Part shown: positions 12,910-23,700 of the stretch, one piece after another
How the letters are laid out: each line of letters starts with the position of its first letter
How positions within the stretch are numbered: the stretch's first letter is position 1
NCBI GenBank assembly: GCA_000708835.1
Contig: DF236966.1
Span: 186,001-250,000, forward strand
DNA: 64,000 bases
Direction: 5' to 3'
From: Klebsormidium nitens
Taxonomy: Eukaryota; Plantae; Klebsormidiophyceae
Position numbers and translations under genes: made by a program
Notes under the pieces: model-generated
The model's database searches: none
What the model saw: only the letters and a program-made list of their open reading frames with translations
Told to the model about the DNA's origin: nothing

Positions 12910-13491
12910 GGTGCCCTGGAAATCTAGCAAAACACGGAACCGCAAAGCCTCCACAAGCGTGGGCGAAAAAGTTGTAAGGACCTCCGCAAAGGTACAGGCC
13001 GTAACACTTCAAACCTAAGTGGAAGCCAGCTGCTTCTTCTGCGTGAGGTTGCAGTTGCACCTTGCGCCTCACAACTGAGCTCTCTTCAGTCTTGAGGATT
13101 GTCCTTCCATGGCTGGCTGAATGCCTTGCTGATATTCCCCCGACACAATAGCACTACCTGAGACATATTCAACATATATGTTTTGCATATACTGGCGCTT
13201 GGCTCAGCCCTGGCTTTGCCCGGATAGAAGTCTCCGGGCAGATTGCTTCAACTGAGCACACTCCTATCGATGTAACAGTTCTATATTTAACAAGGTACAA
13301 TGGAGGCCGACGAGATACTCCGCACTGGGCTGCATTTCACCCGGAGCTCCTGCCGAGGATACTGACCAACAAGTATAAGCGCGTATGCATTTGCAATTTC
13401 TGGTCGAATTTGTTGCCAGTTTGCATGAAAAATGCACACAAGTAGACCAGCGTGCAGTCTGCGTTCAGTCGTTCAGAAGCATTGGGGCGAC

Positions 13492-16400
13492 ATGGAGCCG
13501 CAGCTCAAGGTTCTTGAGGGCGCCGAGCAGCAGCTGTCTTTCCTTGCCAGGGAGCCAATTGCTCATGGCTTGCTTGTGGGGATTGCTTGCCCCCCACCTG
13601 CAGATATTGCTAGTGCCTCATCATCGTTGCTGATTGCTGGTGCGCTCCGAGCAGTGGAGGAGGATTTTTCCAACCTGCAGAATGATGCAGGTGAGATGCT
13701 AAGGTGGTTCATGACTGCGAATTCTCTTCGGATTTTAAGTGGTGGTTACGCCGTACGGGTGTGCCACAATCAGCACTTTGCCCCTTTGCAGCATTGCTCG
13801 CTAAAAAGGCTGCCAATGAAAACAAAGTGGTCACAACTCTTTGCATCATTAGCGAATCCAAGGGCATAAAAAGATGAGATACTCTTAATCTGGTTCCTGG
13901 TTAAAGTTTGAGAAGACAGATGTAAGTCAAGTTCCTTCTGCTCTGCATAGATCTGGCAGTTATGGCTGATTACGAACCCCAGAGGACATATACATCTGCC
14001 TGCATCACTCAAACACTTTAGCCCCAGTAGCCTCAGCAATCTTCGCTGTGATCTGCCGAGGGCCTGTCCATTCAGCACAACCATTTTCAACCGTTCAATC
14101 ACAAGTGTATCTAGATCAGTCAGGCATGGACTTTTGTGGTGAGCGCAATCAAGCCAGTGAGATAGCAAGCGGCTTCGCTGCAATGCAGCCAGTTCATGAT
14201 GTATTCCTGTGATTCAACAAAGTAACTCCTGTCCTGCAGCCCGGCTCCTTGATACGGTGCCTGAAGGCTTTCAAGCAGTGGGAGCATTCTGGACTGAGCC
14301 AGACGGACAAATGGCAAAGGCCTGCAGCCTGCTTTCTGCCACTACTTCACGTCAGAGCATTACGGACACGCCAGCAATACTGGCATGCTTGGGCGAGGGG
14401 AATGGCCAGCCGCAGTACTTCTTGGCACCTCCTGTAAGTTCTCCCACTGTGCTCTTTGGAAACAATGATGCAAAAACAATCAAAAAAGCTTTCAGTGGTC
14501 AATAATGCTCTGGATTAATAGAACTGCGCTGGTGTTCTGAGACGGCCTCATTGCTTTTCATGAAAGAAGTTTCTGTTTCCAGTAATCCCGTCACTAAATC
14601 TACACTTTCGCTTGCTTCTTTAGTATCTCTAACATGAAGAACGCCCTTGGCAGATGACCCAGGACCGAATCGCCAATTCTGAGAAGAAGCGAGTCGACGT
14701 TCAAGCGGTCGACCAGAGCGCCCTGTGGGAGGCTCACGTCCCCCTGCGCTGCAGCCTTCCCGTCCTTCTCCAGATCCCCACCACCTCCCCAGCTTTCCCC
14801 ACTCCACGAGAGATTGACACAGCATCAGAGAAAGTCATGCAGGACCTGCGTTCGGAGTCAGCAGCCTTTCTCGTAGACAGCGCGAAAGAACCTTCTTGCT
14901 CAGTTTTGGTACAACCATGGGACCACGAGGCTAGTGTCACTGGGAGGGGTTTTGCGTCTGGGGGGGTCAGTACGAGTGGGAAGAAAGGGGGGGGCAAGGG
15001 GAAGAAGAAGGCGGTGGTGCCAGAGGCGCAGGGGGAGAAGAACTTTGACGAGATGACTTGTGAGGAGCTGGGAGGTGCCACAGAGCCGTCAACGCACCAG
15101 AAGGTACGAAACTCCAACGTTGCTGACAAAAGGTGAAACGTCCGATGTTGTCGACGTGAGACTTGAGACGAAGACATGCGAGCTATTAGCTGCCTGTCGA
15201 CTTGCCCTGCTGATCTGCGCTAGCACTCCTATTTCTTCTGGACATGTGGTCCACTGAGTTTGGGAAGCAACTAATTGAGGACGTGTCAACCGTGCAAGGA
15301 GTGTTGCTGCTCTGTCTACCTGGGTTTCTCAGCTTGCGCATCAACAAGCTTCAATGAAGTTGGGTTCTGCGATCATTTTTGGACTTCTTTTCGCCTACTA
15401 CTTCATCGAATGCTTCATCAGAAAAGATGGTTCTGGCATTCTGATTCGCAATATTTCTTCGTCACTGTTCCTGTATGGCCTAACATGCGGGCGATGCTTG
15501 CAGATACCTAAGCCAATCCGCGTCACCTTCTTGCAAAGGCAATCCTGTTCTGGTGACGCGCTTCGAGCTCCCTACCTCAGCTCTGAGCCTGGTAAGATGC
15601 ACTCTTGGTCGACAAGCTGTTGCTTTGGGTTCAAAATTTTGGACTCGGCTTTAGCACCACTCTTGTACTTGACTTTGTTCTTTGTGTCTCCTTCCATGCC
15701 TCTCTTCGAGAAAGAGTGCGCCAAGGAAAACTGCATTCACGTCAGTGCTTGATAGCAGTCCCATCCGACGATCTTCAAAAAATGCCTTCCTCTCATACCC
15801 ATCTTAAAGCCCGTACTCACTAGCGCACGCGTAATAAGAGCACCCTTCTGTTGACTCCGCAGCTTTTCGCTGCTCCCCAAGTCGTTGTTCTTTCTGACCA
15901 TGTAACAAACCTGGGTCTTAACCCTTCATCTTTGCAGTTGCGTCTCCAACGACTCTTTACCCCCTCCCCCTGTCCCTCGACGTTCTTTGCATCGCCCCAG
16001 CGGCCATGCACCTCACTGACGCCGTCCGAACGCTAATCGTCCCTGCTCTAGAAAAGCAGCTGCAACATGCCGTTCAGCTAGCTCAGGACCACAAGCGGGG
16101 GGTCGTTGCGCACCTGTTTCACCCCCCTGGCGTGTTATTCCCGGTGACAGCGCTGTACCCGCACTCCAGAGACGAGGGAGAGCAGCTCTTGGGTGAGTGT
16201 AAGCGTAGGCTAGAGTTGCTGATCAGCGGTACTTCTTATCTATCCCGCTTGCTTTGGTGTTTGATTGTGATTGGGGAGCGGGTGTCCTTTCCTGAACGGC
16301 CACCCGAAGAAGGTTGCATATCGCACATCGGCTGCCTATCCTTCCGTTTCCGCTGAAGGCGAATGCGAAGCCGAAGCCGCTCTAAGGAGATGAGAAGTTG

Positions 16401-19400
16401 GTTCAGAGCGACGGGCGACGACTCTTCTCAAATCTTTTTTGATTGTGCTTTCAACATAAGCAAGTTCGCAAATACTGCCTCCTCCGAAGCGCTGGGCCAA
16501 AGGCGCAAGATAGACAAGGTGATTCAAAAAATAATATCAAAAAGGTAAAGCGTAATAACAAAACTTGGATAAGAAAGACAAGGCTGGTAGTCTAAACCCT
16601 AAGACTGATGCTTCTTTCTGCAGTGGGCATTCGGACGCACCTCCACCGCCAACTGGGACTGCCTCTGGACCGCCCGTTGCTGAGGTCAGCGAACGCTCTG
16701 TTGTCCGCTGATGCGGAACCTGGCTCTGCCGAGGCGTCCACAAGTGGCAGGCTGTTGGACGTCCACGCCGGCATCCGGCCGTCCGGAAGTGGGTACCCTT
16801 CTTGAGACGATGTGTCCGGCACTCCGCTTGACTGTTTCTGCTTCCTTGTTAGTGCTCGTTCTAATCGTTCTAAAAGTGGGGAAGCATTGTCCAGACGTTT
16901 CTGGGTAGGTGAAGGTTTCCATCTTGGCGAGCACGCAGAGTCCATCTAGTCTTTAATCTGTTGACCGCTTTCGGACCCATTGAAGGACGGACTTCCGCGC
17001 CGGCAGAGGCTTCTGAAGCGAGCATACAAGGGTTTCAGATGTAGCCCGTCCTCGAGCGGTGGCTGCATTGACAAATCTCCTTGTCCCGCTTCCTGCGCGA
17101 ATCCCGACGGTTGTATCGATCGGTGCAATTGAAGCAGCTTAGCGAGAATCCGAACACTCTCATTCACGCTTTTGCGCAAGCTGCTCCGAGCGACTGGACT
17201 GGCGCCGGCAAACCCTTTATTCGTTTCCTCGTGCAGTCGCCAACGGCAAGCTGAGCCTCATCCACGGCTCCTACGAGTACTACCACTACATGCAGGACCG
17301 AATAGACGACAAGGTGAAGCCGTCTCACGTGCATTAGCTTCGTTTAGCATTATCTGTCCCCATTTTTAAAAGAGCGTCACTGAGGGTCTCTGTTGTTCTG
17401 TATTTAGTTCTACACGAAGCCCACCCAATGAAGCACTGAAGCGCGTGTATCCTTGTCTCAATTTGTTTGGCCTAAGATAGAGCGTCCACCAGTGTGAGGC
17501 TGTTATTCTGCCAAGTGCGGTAAATGCCTTTGTCATTTGCCCGCTTACTTCGTGCCGGGCGTCAGACCATGTCTCCGTGCTTATCACGGTCTCCGAACTC
17601 GGTCTGTGACCTCATCTGTGATCCTGCTAGCCGCAGCCTTGCAGTGACGCCAGCATGACGTCAGCCCTCTTCATTCGTATTTTTCCTTGCAGGGCTGGGG
17701 CTGCGCCTACCGCTCGCTGCAGACGATCGTCTCGTGGTTCCGGCTCCAGAACTATACCACCGTACCCGTACCCTCGCACAGGTAAAAAGCAGCAAGGTCC
17801 CTTCGGATCTGGCTTCTCTGGCTTCTCTGAACAAATTGAGATTACTGCGCAATCGACCAATTGAAAGTTTGCAGTCCCGAACACGAGTTCGAGCCGCAGA
17901 GCCGACACCTGGCACACCCAGTCCAATTCTTTCACGCGTTTTATATGCTTACCTGTAGATTTCAGTGATTTCAGCTTCGTTCCTCTCCGCCGCTTGCAGG
18001 GCAATACAGCAGACGCTCGTGGACCTGCAGTATAAAATGGCATCCTTTGTGGGCTCTGCGCAGTGGTTTAATGCCGTCGCGCATTTTCGCGTGGTCTCCA
18101 CATGCGTTTTGAGTCCGTTTTGTTCTACCCCTCGCAGGACCATTCAGCAGACGCTGGTGGACCTGCAGGACAAGGAGGCATCTTTCGTGGGCTCCTCCCA
18201 GTGGATTGGCGCCATCGAGCTGGGCTACATCCTGGACGCACTGCTCGGGGTGAGCTGCAAAATTATTGGCGCATTTCTTCGAACTCTCCCGTCTTTTAAG
18301 TCTTCTCGTTGATTACATTCGAAATGGTAGTGCTCAGGGGGATTGTGGACGGAATTGAGCCTCCAAACCAGTCGCGAAGGCCTTGTCCGCAGGCCTCGGA
18401 CGAATCACGCAGTTTCACATTGACCACTCTGTCCCCTTCTGCACTTAGAAGGATCAAACGCAGTGTCAATTTCTCTCCGAAACAATGCTGACTTCGGATT
18501 TCGGCAGACTTGAGAAGCGCTACAGAGAGAGAGCTCTATTGGACGTCCGCTTCCTCGAATCACAGCCCGTCGCCTGCCTGACCAGGGCGAATGACCGTGC
18601 ACCCTTGCAATACAGCCGAGACTCCGACTGTGACTGCAATGTGCTTCCGCTCCTTTTCAGTTTCCTCTGTTCCGCTGTGTGCAGGTCACGTGCAAGGTGC
18701 TGAACGTCAGCTCGGGAGCGGACCTTCCGTCCAAAGCTCGGGAGCTGGCACACCACTTTGACACCCAGGGAACACCCGTCATGATCGGTGAGCTTGTGGG
18801 GGTTTCAATCCGCGACATTTACAGCTCTTTGCGTCAAACCTGCCATCGGGTTTCAATTGTTCGGCGGGTGGTTCCTGACCTTGAACCATCCGATCGTCGA
18901 TAAGGAAGGCATTGAACGGCTCAGGATCAAGAACCGTGCTCCAAAAAGTTGGATCTAATTGGAAAAATGACGCGAACAGCTGTATGCTTGACAGAACGGG
19001 GAAACGGGTCGACTTGTGTATTTGCGCAATTGGAAGATGGATAGTAACGCGAGTAGGACACCGGGCATCGGTTTCTTTGTGTGCAGCGCTGCTGTTGATC
19101 GACCGGAGAAGATTGCCGTCTGCCGTGCGTTTAGAAACTGTCGTTGATTATGAGCTGTCCACAAATGAATTTTCACAAGCAAAATCGCAGCGCCTCGCAT
19201 CGGACCCCTTCGCCTGATCCCTACTGCCTGCGCTCTCCCCTCACGAGCTTGACATTCTTCCCCCAGATCACTTCTTGCGCTATAGAGTCCAAGAAAGTCC
19301 ACTTTATCGGAACCTGAATCTGTTGCAGGTGGCGGCGTGCTTGCGTACACTCTCCTGGGCATCGACTACAACGAGCTGACTGGGGAGTGCGCCTTTCTGA

Positions 19401-19549
19401 TCCTGGACCCCCATTACACCGGAGGAGAGAGCCTCAAGGCCATTCAAAGCGGTCAATGGATCGGGTGGAAGCGCGGCGGGGCAAACGGCATTTTTGTACA
19501 AAACGCCTTCTACAACTTGCTGCTGCCGCAAAGACCGCAAATTGTGTAA
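13492..19549 (+). CDS. UFSP2: UFM1-specific protease with long plant-type N-terminus (peptidase C78)
   Basis: Catalytic-domain exons 17237-17313 ([16 protein letters not shown]), 17693-17781 ([16 protein letters not shown], catalytic Cys), 18138-18249 ([12 protein letters not shown]), 18685-18787 ([12 protein letters not shown]), 19329-19549 ([10 protein letters not shown]...LILDPHY...[10 protein letters not shown]). Upstream exons ~13492-13690, ~14655-15103, ~16001-16192, ~16625-16787 ([19 protein letters not shown]). N-terminal exon set and start codon are less certain. Confidence 0.93.
18000..18080 (+). repeat. Decayed duplicate of the acceptor and first ~27 codons of the UFSP2 exon at 18138
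   Basis: GCAG|GGCAATACAGCAGACGCTCGTGGACCTGCAGTATAAAATGGCATCCTTTGTGGGCTCTGCGCAGTGG versus the real GCAG|GACCATTCAGCAGACGCTGGTGGACCTGCAGGACAAGGAGGCATCTTTCGTGGGCTCCTCCCAGTGG. Confidence 0.9.
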
Positions 19550-20459
19550 CGTCCAACGTGAAGCAGGATCATCCTTGTTGACACTTATAACGTCCCGTAA
19601 GTCTTCTGATGGAAACACTTTTGTGCTTTGTTTGCGCCCCAAATTCAAAAATGCCAGCCGTAGTAATGAGCTCACAACACGTTCCATCGGGCTGGGGATC
19701 GGGTCCGGAAAGAAACACAGATTTGTTGCACGTGCGCATGCATAATGTCTTCACCAAGTAGAGGCCCTACGCATGTGTTCAGCCTGGCGTTCTCTCCGCG
19801 CGTTGCCCGACCGCGCCCAAAATCTAATTATGTTTGCAGCGGCCCAACAAGTCAACGGGTACATCTGCATCTATGCCAATGATGATTTGTCGCATGCTTC
19901 AGCGCGTCACTGCCGTCTGTAGCTGAGCCTGTAGCTGAGTTAGCGCGGCCACACATAGCTTCCATATGGTATGTGCAAACGGACGGTCCAGCTAGGCCGG
20001 TAGTGATTGCCATGGCGGCCAGCACCATGATGCATCACAAATTAAACATGTGCGGGCCAGTATGTGTATGTAACAGACTCTGGTAGTCGGACCAGATTCG
20101 TCCATAATCATTGGAATGTAACATACATGGTCGACCTTACAGTGACTGACATCATTCCGCAGAGCATGAACAAGGTCAAGGTACGTGACTACAGGCTTCC
20201 TGCTTGTATGATCTTGCAAAATGGAAGTTGAAACGAGAAATTGCATCCTAGAAGAGTTCCAAACGGAAATGCACAGCGCCTCGACTCGGATAGAAAAATC
20301 GTCACTAGCTACAATCTCGACTAGCATTGGCTGCTTTCACTGTATTAATCCCAAACATCAGAGACTTCGGTCCTCGACTTTCTACAAGGTCGCATGTCAC
20401 TGTGCCCGAGGCCCTCTCTTGTTAGCCCTTTTATTTACAAAGCCCGTTCTCGTCCCCGC

Positions 20460-20468
20460 TCAGTGGGT

Positions 20469-20499
<31 letters not shown>

Positions 20500-22638
20500 C
20501 TGCCGCTGCCGTAGTCAATCTGGACGTTCCTCTTCTCCTCCTTGGGCTTCTCCTTCTTCGGGATCTCGATCTTGAGCACGCCTTGGTCCATCTTGGCCGT
20601 GATCTTGCTGACGTCAGCGTTGTCAGGGAGCCTGCACAGAAGCGCGCGCGATCAATTTTCTTATCTGAAGAGCTGGCTGTCCTTAAAAACAACTGCACTC
20701 GTCAGCAGGACCGTCCCCTGTGCACTGCTTCATGAGCATATCTTATGGCAGACTCGGAAGCAAGTCTCAGGTTTATGTCGTCTACTCCGAATCTTCTTCA
20801 CATTATCGCAACCGGGACGCCCACATGAACAGAAGTGTGGAAGAAAGGTCAAACCCCCACAATAAAGGACTCGAAGGCGCAAATCCTTTGCAAGGCAGTT
20901 TGTGGTTGGTGAATGTATCGATCCGCTTTTGCAAGGGCCAGAGGGGAGCTAGCAAGCAGCGGTAGACTCGATGCACAAAAGAAGAAGTCTTGTTACTGAG
21001 GCGTCGATCCTCTTGGGACACGTCGCCGAGCTCCAATCGTAGTCATTCTGATTGCTGACTGCGGGCGGTTCTCAGGGATGATTCACCAGGTAAGAACGCA
21101 TACGAAGCTACGCAGGCAGCAAAGTCTGTTTGCGCGAAGTTTCTTGTTGATCCCTCCATTCCTAGTGAAAGAATAATCCCAAGCTGCCCATCAAAGATAT
21201 CCCACCAGATTGGAAGCACTTACCCCCCCGGGTGGCTAACCCCCACCTAAATCTGCACATTACGCTCGATTCCAGAACGTGGTTAGGAGGCAATAAATCG
21301 GTGGTTAACACTGACCTGAACCTGCGCAGGAAGCGGCCGACGACCCTCTCGTAGCGGTGCACTCTGTCGTCATCCTGGCGGTCCTCCTTGACCCGCTCGC
21401 CGCTGATCACCAGGGTGTTGTTGTCCTCCACCGTCACGTTGATGTCGTTCCGGGCCACCCCTGCAGCGGAACGGACGGAATGAGACCCAGTCTTTGACAC
21501 GTGTCTTGGCAGGTAACGAACAACGTACACTGTCTGCTGCTGATGGGAAACAGACGCGAAGCAAGTTGACCGCAGTTGAAGCAGTAGATCAGGTTGCGTT
21601 AGATTTAGGAAGCTTCTGAAGAATACGAGCTCTACGCATACGGCTCGGCTTTCCGAAAAGCATTTCGGACACTTTCTGGTCGAAGCATGCACTAAGGAGG
21701 GAGAAGATGAGGCGCCATTGCACCGTAGGGGAAGAAAGCCGATACTTGAACCTTTCGAATTCAAGGAGAACGCATATGAGCCATGTGAAGACCCCAAACT
21801 CCGAGCATGAGAAGTCAGCCTTCAGATTTTTGAATTTTCAAATGCATGCTGAAAGGTGCTTCCGTTCACTCACCCGGCAGGTCGACCTGGATCACGTGCT
21901 TGTCAGGCTTCTCTGCATTGCAACGCAAACGGTGTCTTCAGTTTCTTCAAACCGGCATTCTAAGCCGCTTATGAGCTTTTACCGAAGCTTTTTCGTTCTC
22001 GTACGTTTTGAAGCATGAAGCTTAGAACAATGCTCAATGACACTTTCTCAGTTTTATTTCAGACCTCAGAGGATTTTAGAAGACAAGCAAGACCCGTAGA
22101 GCTGAGAGGCATGGAAAGACTGGTCGAGCAACGCCAGAGCGGGCATCTATTGAGAACATGCACGAAGGCAACTGCCTAAACCCGCAAAAAGCAGACAATT
22201 TTCGTCTGATTTTGAGGCTCATCACCACAGAAATTTATGTCATGCAACTGATCTGAGGGCATAGGACAAGCTTTCTCACAAGAACAGGGCTGAAATTTGT
22301 TATCTCTTTGCATAGCAACGCCAAAAGATGCACCAAAAGCTCGGGCCGCCCAACGGCATCAACCGAACGAGTTGATTATCCCACTAGGCTTCTTCCAGAA
22401 CAATCTCGAGCTTGTAAGGATTCCACATGAAGGAGAGTCGCGTTCGAAAGGCCTCAATGTAAACGCCTGTTTCCCCACCAATCCAGTCGACCTTGGTGTT
22501 GGCGATGGCGCGCGCGTCGTCCGACAGCTTGTTGCCAGTCTGGTCGCCCGTGTCCGGGCGGAACGCCACCAACCGGAACGGATCGAAGACATCACCGAAG
22601 GGGTCGCCGCCCCCCGCGAAGAACGTGCTCAGAGCCAT
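20460..22638 (-). CDS. Small heat-shock protein (HSP20/alpha-crystallin domain), cytosolic class I-like
   Basis: Exons 22638-22479, 21912-21874, 21460-21316, 20631-20460. [81 protein letters not shown], VQI (IxI/V-type motif). Confidence 0.95.
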
Positions 22639-22870
22639 GGCGCTGGAAACACTCTGGCTGCTGCTGCTGAAGGGGGCGCTGGGAAGGGGGAAGTTACAAA
22701 GAGGCCTTGAGCGGAAGCGCTTTCAGGAAGCTTGGCTTCTTTGCAGAGGTAAGCAACGCAAGGTTGAAATTTAGGATCGAAGCACTCCAAAAGCGGAGCA
22801 GTGTCGTGCCTGCGTCACCTAGACTTGAATTTGAAGCAGACAAGACGTGAAGTGATCGAGTCAGGATGAG

Positions 22871-22902
22871 CTCATATTAACAGGAAGCGTCGAGAAAATT
22901 CG
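22871..22902 (-). promoter_or_regulatory. Heat-shock element plus adjacent TATA-like box of the sHSP gene
   Basis: GAAgcGTCgaGAAaaTTC at 22884-22901 (four alternating nGAAn units, one mismatch). It abuts TTAATAT on the minus strand (22874-22880), about 240 bp upstream of the sHSP ATG. Confidence 0.7.
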
Positions 22903-23700
22903 GCGAGAGGGTGTGAAGCGCGTGACACCGCCTCATGCACGGATCGTAACGCAGAATGACGCAGCTCTTCTTGCTTTCAAGTCTCGCTGGCCTTCGCCGC
23001 TTCCATCACCAAATCTTCTTTGCGCCGTTCCACTTGCTCGCCACTCGTGTGGCTCTAGGATAGCGGAGTGATAAAGCTTCGTCAAGTTTCGCTCCAGATT
23101 ATGCGCTAAAAACTCGTGGCACGCCCTCTTCGTCAGACTGAAACCGTCTTGGCTTTGACAACGTCATCACGTGTTCACAGCATGCGCACGCGCGCGCGTA
23201 CAGGCGCGTCCGATGGCACATGCATGCTTTCTATTGCAAGCGAGAATCTCCGATGCATATGCAGGCAAGTGACATCACCAGGTGTCCCCAAGCGCGAGGA
23301 TTTTGGCGGCAAAATACATGAATCTCAACAAATTATAGAAGGTCAGCTGCTTATTTAAAATCACATGTACCATTCGGAGCTCTTATCCCTGGATTCAGCA
23401 TCATTTGCCGCTAAGATATCTGACCAGAGCGCCTCGATCTTTCGTAAATTACAAGGCCAGGTTTACTCCAGCTGACGATAAGGTGGGAGAGCTGAAATGA
23501 GAAGGAAGTATTTACTTTTAATTCAAAGAAGCGTATCTTACGACGTCAAGAAAAAGCAAGCAGTTGATAGCTTTGCAAGAATCTATTGATTTCTACTGGT
23601 TGCCCCCCTTATCTTATCAATCGTCTATCTCAGCGGAACCGATCCTGAAGCTCTTGGATTCCGCATCTGAAGACCTGCTCCTCTTTCCTGCCGAGCCAAG

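Noticed and set aside
13295-13382. Exon-like segment upstream of UFSP2
   Set aside because: No in-frame ATG found upstream before a stop; treated as probable 5' UTR.
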